This document shows positions 28,241-42,192 of a stretch of 64,000 nt of DNA, piece by piece. Both the position numbers and the translations under genes were made by a program. Each line of letters opens with the position of its first letter. Position 1 is the first letter of the stretch. Below the pieces are notes generated by a model. That model was not told the origin of the DNA. It did no database searches and saw only the letters and a program-made list of their open reading frames with translations. Source of the DNA: the human T2T-CHM13v2.0 reference genome, Homo sapiens; NCBI RefSeq assembly GCF_009914755.1, contig NC_060936.1; one strand, 5' to 3'.

Positions 28241-28695
28241 AATATATCTAAATATATGTTTTCATTATCTACTTTAGCAGTTTTTGAAAGTTTATTTCAA
28301 ACTTTAAGCCTTTTCTTAGATTAAAAGCTTTTTTGGAAGGCCTTTCTTACAAATAAGACCAGTAAAGGCATAAAGTAGGGATGAGGATGTCTAGTACTCT
28401 GCTGGAGGGACTTTGAAAATTATTGGTACTAAGTATAAACTAATCAGAACCAGAGCTGAACACTTCTGAATACAATTGTTATTTATCAAGCAATCTGTCT
28501 TTTATTGATATAAGTACTTAATATTCTCTTTTTCACTACACATAGTACTCAGTCATCATTATTCACAGTGTTCACTGTGTGCCCTCATATACTTCATAGA
28601 AATATAGTTTATTTTGGGGGCAGGGAGTATATTGTATAATAGATATTTTATATGAGTGTAGAAAACAAAATATTCTGCATGAAATTCCCCTTTTT

Positions 28696-29026
<331 letters not shown>

Positions 29027-32000
29027 CTAGGGAATGTGTGTTTCTTGCATATGGAAGAGTAAGGCATCGTTTTTTAATTTTCTACATTTTTTCTTTAGAT
29101 GTATGTGTATCTTTTACGGAAATATATCAAAAGAGTTTGATGTGATTACTTCATTTCCTATCTAAAATATATTTAAAATATGATAATCTTTCTCAATATG
29201 TTACTTATCAAATCTGCATTTCATCATAATTATAAGGTTTTTGTGAGTGAACAGATGGGCTTTTCTTAGGTCTTCTAACAACTTAAAACTCTCAGCTTAA
29301 TTTTGAGGAGTGGGCAGGGAGTCTAATGTCTATATAAATTTTTTTTTATTGACCTTCCAATTTCTGTCATGTTATACATGCTTCTGACCTGTTTTGCCAC
29401 TAAACCAGTAATTTAGTCCATTACTGGTCTGTGTAAATCTTAGCCACAGCTATTTCCCAAGGTGGTTTTGGGTCTAACTAGTGGTTGGTGTTGATGTCCA
29501 GCAGGAAATCGTGCAAACCAGATGATTGGTGTGGTTCAAACTGTAACCTTGTTAAAGGATTGGTCAGGTTGCACTTAGGGGAGTTATTTAATTAGTTTCC
29601 CAATAATGTTTGTGCACAATTTTTAGGTGACCACTGATTTTTTCTTTCATCATGATTCAGAAAAAGACAGTTACTTGTTTTTATCACAGTCAAGTTTTAA
29701 TCCAGTATTCTTTCTACTTTATATTTAGGCAGACATTTTGATAACCAGTAGTACTGCTCTTGAACAAGAGTATCTGTAATGATATTATGAAGTTAATTTG
29801 AGGGCTTTCAATGTACCAGGCAACATACTAGAAAGGATTTTTTTAATATAAAACATTCTTTGCCTTTAATAAGCTAGTAACATTATCATGGGAAACATAT
29901 AAAATGAATTATAATATATAATAAACAATACATTCGTGATGGAAACATGCTCTGGGATTACAGATAACAGACCAGTCAATTCTTGACTTTTTAGGGAAGA
30001 ATTCACAAAAGAATTGACATTTAAAAGGGCCTTGAAAGACTGGCTTTTGACTAGCAGAGAAAGTAAGGGTATTATACATAGAAATAGTATGAGTTAAAAA
30101 TTAAGTTCCTTAAATGCATGTGTATTTTTTCTTCAGGTAGATTGAAATATTACTCATGTAAAGTAAGATGCACACATTGTAGATGTGCCACTCTATGAAT
30201 TTTGACAGACTTACACAATTTTGTAATTACAAATCAAGATTAAAAAAAAATTTAATCGCATCCCAAGAAAACTCTCTGATGCTCTCTTGTAGTCAATCTG
30301 TAATGTATTTTTAAGAACTATCAAGTAGAATCTTTAGTGGAAATTATTTTGACCTTTTGTGATTTTGAGTCACTTCATTCTGTATGGTACATTTCATCAG
30401 GAATTTTTTTTTCTAGCCTTCTAAATGTGGCTTATTTTGTTGGGAGTCTTAGTACAGAAATTTAGGGAAGACTATTATAAGTGTTAACTTTTAATACTAT
30501 TACAAATATTTATTTTCATTTTATATTACAATAGCTATTTCTAATAAGTGGGAAATGTATGATTAAAATAATCTTAAATAGAAAACTTAGTTTATGATTT
30601 TTATAAAGGTCAAGGCATCCCCCAAAAATCAAAATGATAGTTTTTAAAAGGAAAGGATGGAATAGAACAAGGGAGAAAATGCTTAAAATAAGTGTTTTGA
30701 CTTACAAACTTCAAGGTAATATTACCTTAGATGTAGGATTTACTCTCTATTGTCAGAATAATTCTTAGCACATTGTTGTATGATTTCCAAAATCAGATAT
30801 ATTCACTGCCCTAAAGGAGTTCACACTCTGGAATGGAAATCTTATTACTAACATTATATTTATTGACACACAACATTATTGGAAAAAGTAGACATTACAT
30901 TGAATTTGTTATGAAGAAATTACATACTGTATATATTAGAATAAACCTAAGAAATTATGTATAGATTCCATTAAATTTTTGTATATGAAAATGTTAGCAT
31001 TCACTATTTAAAGGATAGTGACCTTCATTACAGAATTGATAATCCATTTGTGAATTTTTCCATAAACATGTATTAGCCTAAAAATTATTCCACACTTCTC
31101 TGTTTCCATATGTAGTTACTTTTCCTGGAGAAATATTTCTAGACATCTTTATGTCATACTCACTGTTACCCAGTGAAGGAAAGTTCCTTATGTAATTTGT
31201 GAGTTTAGATAAAATAAATAAACTTGGCTGCTTCAGTTCCTTCTCCCCATGCTTTTCTTGGGGTCTGCTTACCTGCAGAGACTACATTTTTGACTACTTG
31301 TCTTCGTATTAGTTTATATAGAGAAATGCTCTGCCCATGGCATGAATGGCCTGTACTTGCTCAGTATTGCCATTGACTTAGGCTTGTAAGTGTGTCTACT
31401 TCAGCACAAAATTTTATGTAGAATATTTAAAAACTTTGCAAGTATGACATTTTTAATCTCTCTTCATTGTTGAGTCTTAATTATTACATTGTGTTCAGAG
31501 AATTATATATCACACACACACATATGATATTAATTCTTTGAAATGTGATAATGTCCTACTATTGGGTGAGTTTCCATAAATGTTTCACATATGTTTGAAA
31601 AGAATGTATATTCTCCAACTGTTGGTTTTAGTGTTTCCTATGTATCTATTAATCAAGCCTGTTAAATTCACATTTTGTTAACATACTGATTTTCCATTGC
31701 TTGATCCATTGATTATTGAGAGAAGCATGTTAAAATGCACTGCTACAATAATAGGTCTGTTAGTTTTTCCTTCTGTTTCTCTTACTGCTTGCTTTATGGA
31801 ATATGAAGTTATGTTATTAGGTACAAACAAAACTGTTCTGTCTTCCTGTTGTTATTTTGTAGTGATGTCTACTTTTGCCTAAAGTCTATTGTAGATATTA
31901 ATATAACTATTTCAGTTTTATATTGGTTACAGTTTTCCTAATACCTATTTTTCCATTCATTAATTTTCAGTTTTTCTGGGTTTAGATATATCTCTTATAA

Positions 32001-32475
32001 GCAGGTTCTAGCTAGATTTTTGTTCTTCGCAGCATCCTTGAATGGAAAGTGCAGAAAGTTCCCATATACCTCCTGTCCCCCAAAGTGACCTCTCTGCCAT
32101 TGTGAATTCCCTGTACCTTTGTTACATTCCATGAATCTACGTTAATAAATCATTATCACCATAATTTGCATTGGGGTTCAGTCTTGGTGGTGTACATTCT
32201 AAGAGTTCTGACAAATGTGTAATGACATATATCCAATAATGTAATATGATACAAAATAGTTTCACTGCTCTAAAATTTCTCAGTGTTCCACCTAGTCATC
32301 CTTCTCTCCCCTCAATCCCTGACACTGATCTTTTTACTGTCTCTATAGTTTTGCCTTTTCCAGAAGGTCGTATATTTGGAACCATACAATATGCTGCAAC
32401 TTTTTAATACTGACTTCTTTAACTTAGTAATATGCGTTTAGGTTTTCTCTGTGGCTTGATAGATGATTTCTTTTT

Positions 32476-32578
32476 TTCTTTTTTAAATTAAATTTAATTT
32501 AATTTTAAGTTCCAAGATACATGTGCAGGATGTGCAGGTTTGTTACATAGGTAAACATGTGCCATGGTGGTTTTCTGC
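32476..32578 (-). mobile_element. ~100-bp L1PA 3' end insertion
   Basis: TSD agatgatttcttttt (32461) and agatgagttcttttt (32579). Confidence 0.82.
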
Positions 32579-32662
32579 AGATGAGTTCTTTTTAGCGCTG
32601 AATAATAGTTCATTCTTTGGATGTACCACAGTTTATTTATCCATTTACATACTAAAGGACAT

Positions 32663-33037
32663 TGCTATGGTTTGGCTCTGTGTCCCCACCCAAATCTCAT
32701 CTCGAATTGTAATTCTCATATGTTGAGGGAGGGACCTGATCACCTCCTGTCTAGGGAGGGAAGTGTTTGGTTTATGAGGGCAGTTTCCCCATGCTGTTCT
32801 CGTGATAGTGAATTCTCATGAGATCTGATGGTTATATAAATGGTAGTTTTTCCTGCATGCTCACACTCTTTCTCTAGCCTGCTGCCACGTAAGACTTGCT
32901 TGCTTCCCCTTCCACCATGACTGTAAGTTTTCTGAGGCCTCCCAAGCCATGTGGAACTGTGAATCAATTAAACCTTGGTTTGTAAATTTCTCAGTCTCAG
33001 GTATTTCTTTATAGCAGTGTAAAAACAAAGTAATACT
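32663..33037 (+). mobile_element. THE1D/MSTA solo LTR
   Basis: tgctatggtttggctctgtgtccccacccaaatctcatc...; perfect 5-bp TSD gacat. Confidence 0.9.
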
Positions 33038-36000
33038 GACATCGTGGTTGCTGCCAAGTTTTGGCAATAGATAAAATGGATGTAAACATCCATGTGCATG
33101 TTTTTTGTGGACATGAGTTTTCAACTTATTTGGGTAAATACCACAGAAGTGTGATTTCTGGATTGTATGTTGAAACCACATTTAGTTCTGTAAGAAACTG
33201 TTAAACTCTCTTCCAAAGTGTCTGTACCATTTTGGTTATGCACCAGCAATAAATGAGAATTGCTCTTGCTCCACATTCTCAAAAGCCTTTGGTGATTTCA
33301 AATGCTGGATTTTGGCCATTCTGACAGGTATGTAATAGTATCTCGTTTTAATTCACATTTCCCTGATATGGGAAATGTGATGTGAAACATCTTTTCATAT
33401 GCTTATTGCCATCTCTGTATCTTCTTTGGTGAGCTGCTAAAGTCTTTTACCCATTTTTTTTTAAGTCAGGCCTTTTTTTGTTGTTGAGTTTTAAGAGTTT
33501 TCTGCATGCTTTGGAAAATAGTCCTTTATCTGATACATCAATCTTACGTATTTTATCCCAGTCTGTGGCTTGTCTTTTCATTCTCCTGACACTATCTTTC
33601 ATGGTGCAGATGTTTTTAATTTTAATGAAGTTCAGCTTATCCCATTTTTGTGTGTGTGTGCGAATTGTGCCTTTGGTGTTATATTTAAAAGTCATTGCTG
33701 TACTTAAGATCATCTAGATTGCTTTCATATATTATCTTCTAGCAGTTTTATAGTTTTTTGTGTTTTATGTTTAGGTCTTATTTTGAATTAATTTTCATGA
33801 AAGTTATATGGTCTGTGTCTAGATATAGTTTTTTGCGTGTGGATGTTCAGATGTTCTAGCACCAATTTTTTAAAAAGACTATCTTTTCTCCATTTTATTC
33901 CTTTGCCACTTTTCAAATATCAGTTGACTATATGCAGTTCTATTTTCTCTCTGTTCTGTTCCATTTATCTATTTGTTGATTCATGTGCCAATATCATAGT
34001 TTTGATTACTATAGCTTTATAGTAAGTACTGAAGCCAGGTAATGTCAGTCCTCCAACTTTGTCCTTCTCTTTCAGTATTGTATTGGCTATTCTGAGTGTT
34101 TGTCTCTCCCTGTAATCTTTAGAATCAGTTTGTTGATATCCATAAAATATCTTGGTAGAATGTTAATTGAAATTTCATTGAAACTCTAGACCAAGATGAG
34201 AAGAACTGACATCTTGACAATATTGGATCTTCTGATTCATGATCTCAGAATATTTCTCTATTTAGTAATGATTTCATTCATCAGAGCTTTGTAGATTTTC
34301 TCATATAGATCTTATGCATATTTTGGTAGATTGGTAATTACTATTTCCTTTGTTGGAGACTAGTGTAAATAGTAATGTGTTTTTAATTTCAAATTCCACT
34401 TGTTTTTTGCTAGTGTAAAGGAAAAAGATTGACTGTTCTATATAAATCTTGCGCTGTGCACCCTTACTATAATTCCGTATTACTTCCAGGAGTTTTTGTT
34501 GATTCTTTGGGATTTTTTATATAGACAGTCATGTCTTTTGTGAACAAAAGATGGTTTTATTTCTTTCTTCCCAAGTTGGAACATCCTTTCCTTGTTATTG
34601 GTCTTAACAGGAAAGCATCAAGTCACCATTAAGTATGTTAGCTGTAGATTTTTTGTAGATGTTCTTTATCAAATTGAGGACATTTCTCTTGTTTTATAGT
34701 TCGAGAATTTTTTTTAAAAAAATCATGAATACCGATTTTGTCAAATGCTTTATCTGCATCTATTGATATGATCATGTGATTTTTTTTTCCTCTTTAGCTG
34801 TCCATGTGATTGATTACATTAGTTGATTTTTGAATGTTGAGCTATCCTTGCATACCTAGGAGAAAAACCCAGTTCATTGTGACATATTATTCTCTTTATA
34901 CATTGTTGGATTTCATTGCTAATCCAATTAATTTGCTAATTTTTGAATTTATGTTCATACTGTTCTGCAGTTTTCTTATTAGGCCTTAGGCCTTGGTCTG
35001 GTTTTTTTTTTTTTTTTTTTTTTTTGATTGGGGGGTGGGTAATGCTGGCCTCTTAGAATACATTAGAAAGTATTCCCTCTGCTTCTATCTTCTGGACAAA
35101 ATTATATTGAATTAGTATAATTTTTCCTTAAATATTTGATAGAATTCACCAAACCCATCTGAAGTTGGTGCTTTATGTTTTTGAAGGTTGTTAATGTTTT
35201 GATTAAATTTCTTTAATAAGTATAGGCCTGTCCATGTTATCTATTTCTTCTTTGTGAATTTTGGCAGATTTGTGCATTTTTAAAAATTGGTCCATTTTGT
35301 TTCAGTTAAAAAACTTGTAGACATAGATTTGTTCATAGTACTATTTTATTTTCCTTTTAATTTCCCTGGGATATGCAATGATATCCTCTCTTTTACTTCC
35401 AACATTAGCAATTTGTGCCGTCTCTCTTTTCCTTGGTTAGCCTGGCTAGAGACTTACTGATTTTTATTGATCAAATAAAAACCAAATAACCAGCTTTTGG
35501 TTTTGTTGATTTTTTTTCCTCTATTTTCTGTTTTCAATTTCATTGATTTCTGCTCTTATTTGTATATTTATTTTGTTTTGCTTACTTTAATTTGCTCCTC
35601 TTTTTCTCCTAAAATGAAAGCTAAGATTATTGATTTAGTATTTTTCTAATGCTAAAAATATATTCTGGGCACTGCTTTTAGTACCTCCCACAAATTTTGA
35701 TAAATTGCGTTTTTTTTTTCTTTTAGTTCAGAGTGTTTTTACATTTCTCTTGAGACATGTTTTTTATCCCATGAGTTATTTAGAAGTGTGTTGTTATCCA
35801 GGTATCTTGGGATTTTTCAGCTATCCTACATCTATAACTATCCTAATTTCTACTTGAATTCCTTTATGGTGGGAGAGTGAGTATTCTGTGATTTCTATTC
35901 TTTTAAATTTTTGAAGGTTTGTTTTATGGCTTAGAATGTGGTCTATGCTAGTGAATGTTCCATTTGAGTTTGAGAAAGAATGTTTATTTTGCTGTTGTTG

Positions 36001-37360
36001 GATGAAGTCTACAGATAGCCAGTATATGCAGTTGATGACAGTTTTGTTCAGTTCAGCTGAGGTTCTTATGATTTGTGGCCATCTGGTTCTGTTCATTTCT
36101 GATAGAGGTGTATTGAAGTTTCCAACTATAATAGTGGACTTATCTTTTCTCCTTGCAGTTCTATCAGCTTTTTCTCCCATATTGATACTTTGGTTGTGGG
36201 TGAGTTTGCATCCAAATTGTTATGTCTTTTTGGGGAAATTGACCCCTTTATCATTATGTAATGTTCCTTTTTATCCCTGATAATTTATTTTGTTCTGAGG
36301 TTTCCTGTGTCTGAAATATAGCTAGTCTGTCTTTCTTTTAGTGTTAACATAGTATATCTTTCTCCAACCCTTAATTTTAATCTACACATCTTTACATTAA
36401 ATTTTTTATTTTGGACAACATATAATTCAGCCTTTTTTGCTCCACTCTGACAATCTCTGTCTTTTAATTGTTGTATTTAGATCACTGATGTTTAAAGTGA
36501 TTATTGATCTATTTAGCATAGTGTCTACCATAACTATTCTTGTTTTCTGTTTGTTACCCTTTTTTCCCTAATTTTGTCTTCCACAATTTTCTGCCTTTTG
36601 TGGTGGTTTTATCTGACCATTTTATATGATTCTTTTTTTCTTTTTCATCAAACTTATCAAATCTTTCTCTTTTTAAATTTCTTTTTATGGTTGCCTTAAA
36701 GTTTGTACTGTACATTTACAACTAATCCAATTTAACTTTCAGAGGATAGTATGCCATTTCACAGATAGTGTTAATCCTTATAATAACATAATGATTCAAA
36801 TTCTTCCATTCTGTCCCTTGTATCTTTGTTGTCATTCATTTCACTTATACTCAGCAGATATTAATATATGCATAAGTGTACATATCAAATATATTGTTGC
36901 TATTATTTTAAGCAAACTACTAGATCAATTAAGAATAACAAAAATAAAACTTTTAAAATTTTACCTACACTTATTACTTCTCTAGTGCCCTCTTTTATGT
37001 GGATCTGTATAACTTGCATCATTTTCCTTGTCTCTGAAGAACTCTTTTAACATGTCTTGTTGAGCAGATTTTCTAGCAACAGATTATCTCATTTTATCTG
37101 ATCAAGTCTGTATTTATCCTTCACTTTTCAGGGACAATTTTGCAGGGTACACAATTCCAGATTTTTTTTTTATTATTATCTCATACTATGTATCTCAGCA
37201 TAGAAATCTAACATGTTCTGTAGAAAAACATGGTAATGCATACTTTTAGGAATTCATGTGTACTCTCCTCCAATCTTGTAGTTTAAAATGCCCATCGCCT
37301 TATTAAAGATTTTATATTAAAATTGTACAGCTGCTGTTAATCTTCTTTGATCCCAGAAAT

Positions 37361-37422
37361 CTTTTTTTTTTGAGACAGAGTCTCGCTCTGTCTCCCAGGC
37401 TGGAATGCAGTGGTGCAGTCTC
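37361..37422 (-). mobile_element. Severely 5'-truncated Alu (3' ~60 bp)
   Basis: T tract then gagacagagtctcgctctgtctcccaggctgg. Confidence 0.85.
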
Positions 37423-38556
37423 TTTTCCTTGTAGGTCACTCCTAATACTTGTAATGCCATTTTCTACAAAGTTGTTCTATACTTCATGTTTTAGATTGTT
37501 ATTAAAACAATATTTAATTAAAAAAATAAAATTCCATCCATGATTTATCAGTAAAAGTGTCCTTTTTTGTGGGCCTTTTCAATATTTATTCACGTGTACA
37601 TTATTTTGCATAGTTACAATGACGATAATGGTTTCAATAATTTTATATTTTTTCTTCAAATAACATTTTATAAACATATATCTAGCTTGAGGCATAGTTT
37701 TTATTTAATTGTACCATACTCCCTTGTTGTACATTTAAAATATTTTGGGTTTTGCACTTTCTAAAGAATGTTGCCTTATATATCTTCATGCATATTGTTT
37801 TTATTCCTTTGTATTACATGAAGTGCCCTGCTTTTACAAATAATCCATTGTTAAATATATAAGGCTGATTAATAACCTTTCGTGATATAAGAGTTTTTAT
37901 TTCCAAGAGAGCTAAACATTTTGACATTGATAATTCTACCTTACCTTTACAGCTAGATTCTTCAATTATGTTATTTCAATATTATGTACTGGTCTTTGAA
38001 TAGAATTCATTTAGACCATCCTGTGTCCAATAAATATCTAGCTAAGGATGACAATTCATATCTTTTTAAATGTTTAATGTTTTCATTTTATCACACTTGC
38101 ATTCAGCTTATGAATCCTGTGCCTCTTATCACTGGTTTCAACACTTTTCATTTTCCTTTTTTTTTAACAAAATAATTTGGGTAAAATTCAATGTTCTGTC
38201 ATAGAAACAGAATACAAATGATAAGAACTATGCACCTGAAACTGGTTTTGTGTCTGGTAGATTCTCACTCTGCAATAAAGTATTCTTTTGTCAACTGATT
38301 TTTTTAAAGGTCTGATTCTAACTGTATTAGGCACATTACCATATAATTTATGAAAGTGGAGTTTATAAAATAGACATGCATGAAAAATTGAGGACTAAAT
38401 ACGTAGTATTTTCTGATGATACATTTTTAGGAATAGGAATTGTAGAGTGTAAGGATGTTTATGACACTTAAGCATCAAATTGTTTCCTCAAAAGTACTAT
38501 GTTAATTGTGCTACAGTTTGCAAGTGTGCATTAATCTGTTTCTTTCTTTTCTCTGC

Positions 38557-38954
38557 TGCTATGGTATGGATGTTTGTGTCTCCTCCAAAATTCCTACTGC
38601 AACTTCAGCATCTTTGTAATGTCCATATCTCCGGTAGTAAGAGGTGGGCCCTTTGAGAGTTGATTAGGTCATGAGGGCTCCACCATATAAATGGGACTAG
38701 TACTTTACAAAAGGGCTTGAGGGGCAAGTTTGGCTCTTCTACCATGTGAGAACATGGCCTTTGTCTGCTCAAGAGGACATAGCATTCATGGACCATCTTT
38801 GAAGCAGAGAACAGGTCCTCACCAGATACAGAACCTAACCTGCTGGTGTCTTGATCTTAGACTTTCTAGCTTCCAAAACTGTGGGAATTTTTTATTATGT
38901 ATAAATCATCCAGTCTGTGGTATTTTGTTACAGCAGCACAAATGGACTAAGATA
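38557..38954 (+). mobile_element. MSTD/MLT1A-like solo LTR
   Basis: tgctatggtatggatgtttgtgtc...ttaggtcatgagggc...cagcagcacaaatggactaagata. Confidence 0.83.
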
Positions 38955-39037
38955 CTTGCTAAAATAATTATCTTATATACATGCATTATTTATTTCAAAT
39001 GCCCATTTGAAGGCAACTGTTAGGTTGAAATAAGTTT

Positions 39038-39242
39038 ATGGATGCTCCCTGACTTAATGACAGTTTGACTTAGGATTTTTCAACTTTCTGATGTGAGAAA
39101 GCTGTATGCATTCAGTAGAAACCATAACCCTGTCATGAGTTGAGAGACTTACAACTTAGGATGCATTTTCAATTTATGATATTTTTGACATAGAATGGAT
39201 TTATCATGGCATAACCCCATCTTAAGTTGAGGAGCATCTGTA
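39038..39242. mobile_element. MER47/Tigger5-type MITE
   Basis: Terminal inverted repeats gatgctccctgactta and taagttgaggagcatctg, TA flanks. Confidence 0.75.
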
Positions 39243-41166
39243 CTAAGTTGTACATAGGCACTCATAGGGAATAATAGAATTGGGATACATTTTCAAAAGC
39301 TATTTCACTTGAAAATGGTTGAAACAGAAATAATCCTCTGCTTAAATTGAGGATTGTCACAATCTTTGGCATTTAATAAAACATACACTATCCAAATATA
39401 GAGACATCATATGAAAATATAAACCAGGCCTGCCTTTTTAATGCTGATGCATCTCCCAATTTTTGCGTCATTCCTAATCACTCCCTTAAGTCAAAGTCCT
39501 ACTTAAATAGGAAGAACAACTTATTTGCTAATTTTTTTCTCATGCCTATCAGTAATATGGCTATTTGGTTGAAGTAAATCTGCTATTATAGTTTTATGTT
39601 TTATTCATAGTAAGAAGCTTATTGCTATTATTTTGGGCTTGTGGTAACTTCTTTAAGTAGATTTAATCTCACAGTTTATCTATGTTAGGTTTTGTTTCCA
39701 AATATTATTTAATCTGTTGGCCCATAAATGGGTGAAATGTCCGTGAATCATTTTATTTTAAGAAGTTTATTAAATTTATTTAGTGTCTTTTAAGTCATGT
39801 TAAGTGGAGGCGTATTTACGAGTGTGTTTAAGACAATCTTACCAGATCACTTGATCTTACTCAATGTTTAAGCTTTATAGAAGGTAAAATAAGATGCTCA
39901 TGAGTTTCTGTTACAGAATATATACTAACCCCCTCCACACACAATACACAAAATAATGTGAAGTTTGTGGATGTATGGTCAGTGGAAGTTTATACCTGAA
40001 CATGAGCCACCATGATTGCTTAGTCTAAAATGTAATGTACAGAAAACTGCCATGTGTGATTGTGATTAAATTTGTCTACAATATCTTTTGTGACTCACAT
40101 TCCAGGAAAGAAGAGGTTTTTTTTTTCTTTCTTTTTTCTTTTTTTTTTTTTTTTAACAGGAATCAAGTAAAAACCACAGAACCTCTATATTTATATTTGA
40201 GTCTGAATCAAACATTTTCACTTGGAAGAATTTTTTCCAAAGGAGGGGAAAACAACTGTTTCTGAGTGCCTTTATTTTAGGTTAATTTTTTCAAAAGATT
40301 ATCTCTGACACCTTTGCATTAAGTATCTAATGTATTAGTGGGACTCCATGGTTTGCATTTATTTCTTCAATTTGCTAAAAAAAAAAAAAGTCTACTAAAA
40401 TTTCAATTTTTGAAAAGCAATTAATAGAATATCTTAGATAAGCAAAATGTAATAAACTCTTCACTATTTTTGGATGAGGTCTACTGGTATAGATTTCAGT
40501 TAATTTTCCTAATGCCTTTTTAAATTCTGGAAAGCCATCTTGTTAACCAGAGCAATCAGGGTAAATGACCACATGTAACCTATGTTACCGTGAAAACAAA
40601 GCAATATTAACTTTTCCTTAACTAGTGGCTTTGTTTATAAGTAGGAATAATAGTGAAGCTGTATGGCCTGTTTTGTTTCTCCCATATTGCCTCACTAGGT
40701 ATGATGGTAAGTAATTATTGCCTAATTACAGAGCCCTGCTGTGAAATGAACACAGCCTGCATGTGTCCTATGCCTTTAACCCAGTTCGTATACAAACCAA
40801 TTAGTATACCAGTCTAAAGCTAGAGTTAATGATTGCACAACTCTTAATTTTAGATTGATCATTGACCTATATGTAAAAGCTCTTAGAAGAAAATACAGTA
40901 GAAGATCTTCTTGACCTGGATGTAGGCAATAATTTTGTGGTACACACAAAGCAATAGTCATAAAAGAAAAATCGATAAATTAGGGTTTATCTGATTGAAA
41001 ACTTGAAAACTTCTGCTACTTGAAAGACATCATTAAGAAAGTGAAAAGGCAAGCCACAAACTGGGAAAAACATTCATGAAACATATATCTGACAAAGAGT
41101 TTATATCCAGAGTATATAAATCAGTAATAAAAAAAGAGAACTAAAAATATATGAACAGCAGGCTTA

Positions 41167-41580
<414 letters not shown>

Positions 41581-42001
41581 TCAGTTTAAAACCATAATGA
41601 GAGAGAGACTTTTGTACATCCAGTAAAATAGCTAAAATTTAACAGACTGAAATCACCAAATGGTGAGTGTGTAAATTAATAGGAACTCTCATACATTACT
41701 GGTAGTACAACCATTTTGGAAAAAGATTTGACAGTTTTTTATAAATTTAATCATACACAGTCCTACTAAGTATGCAAAAGAAATAAAAATGTATATCAAA
41801 GAATGTCTGTGATTCCTTTATTCACAGTAGCCAATAACTGGAAGCAGTTCTAAATGTCTATCTTCAGGAGAATGGGTAAACAAATTATGGTATATTTATA
41901 CAGAGGAATGCTGCTTAGTAATAAAAAGGAATTTACTGATACATACAACTAACTTGTATGGATGAGTATTACAGATTTTTTGGCAGAGCGATGAAGCCTG
42001 T

Positions 42002-42192
42002 GTGTATGTATACATATATATATATATCTCATATGTGTATATATATATCTCTCTCATATGTGTATATATATATATCTCATATATATCTCATGTGTATATA
42101 TATATCTCTCTCATATATATATCTCATATATATCATATATATCTCATATATATATCTCATATATATATGTATATGTGTATGCATGTGATATA
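42002..42192. repeat. Compound (TA)n/TCTCA low-complexity tandem repeat
   Basis: Repeating tatatatatctcatatg/tgtg units. Confidence 0.92.

Larger units (their letters stand above)
31420..37160 (-). mobile_element. Old L1: L1ME fragment followed by a ~5 kb L1MC/L1MD-like copy (3'UTR through ORF2 endonuclease)
   Basis: ORF 35821-36180 (STIIVGNFNTPLS...IDHILSHKTNL) is L1 endonuclease; ORF 33447-33713 is the ORF2 C-terminal region. Confidence 0.87.

Noticed and set aside
35821-36180. Endonuclease-like 119-aa ORF
   Set aside because: Decayed L1 ORF2 endonuclease fragment, frameshifted on both sides.
40107-40400. Poly-T as the tail of a minus-strand processed pseudogene
   Set aside because: No canonical poly(A) signal, TSD or recognisable parent; kept only as an acceptor candidate.
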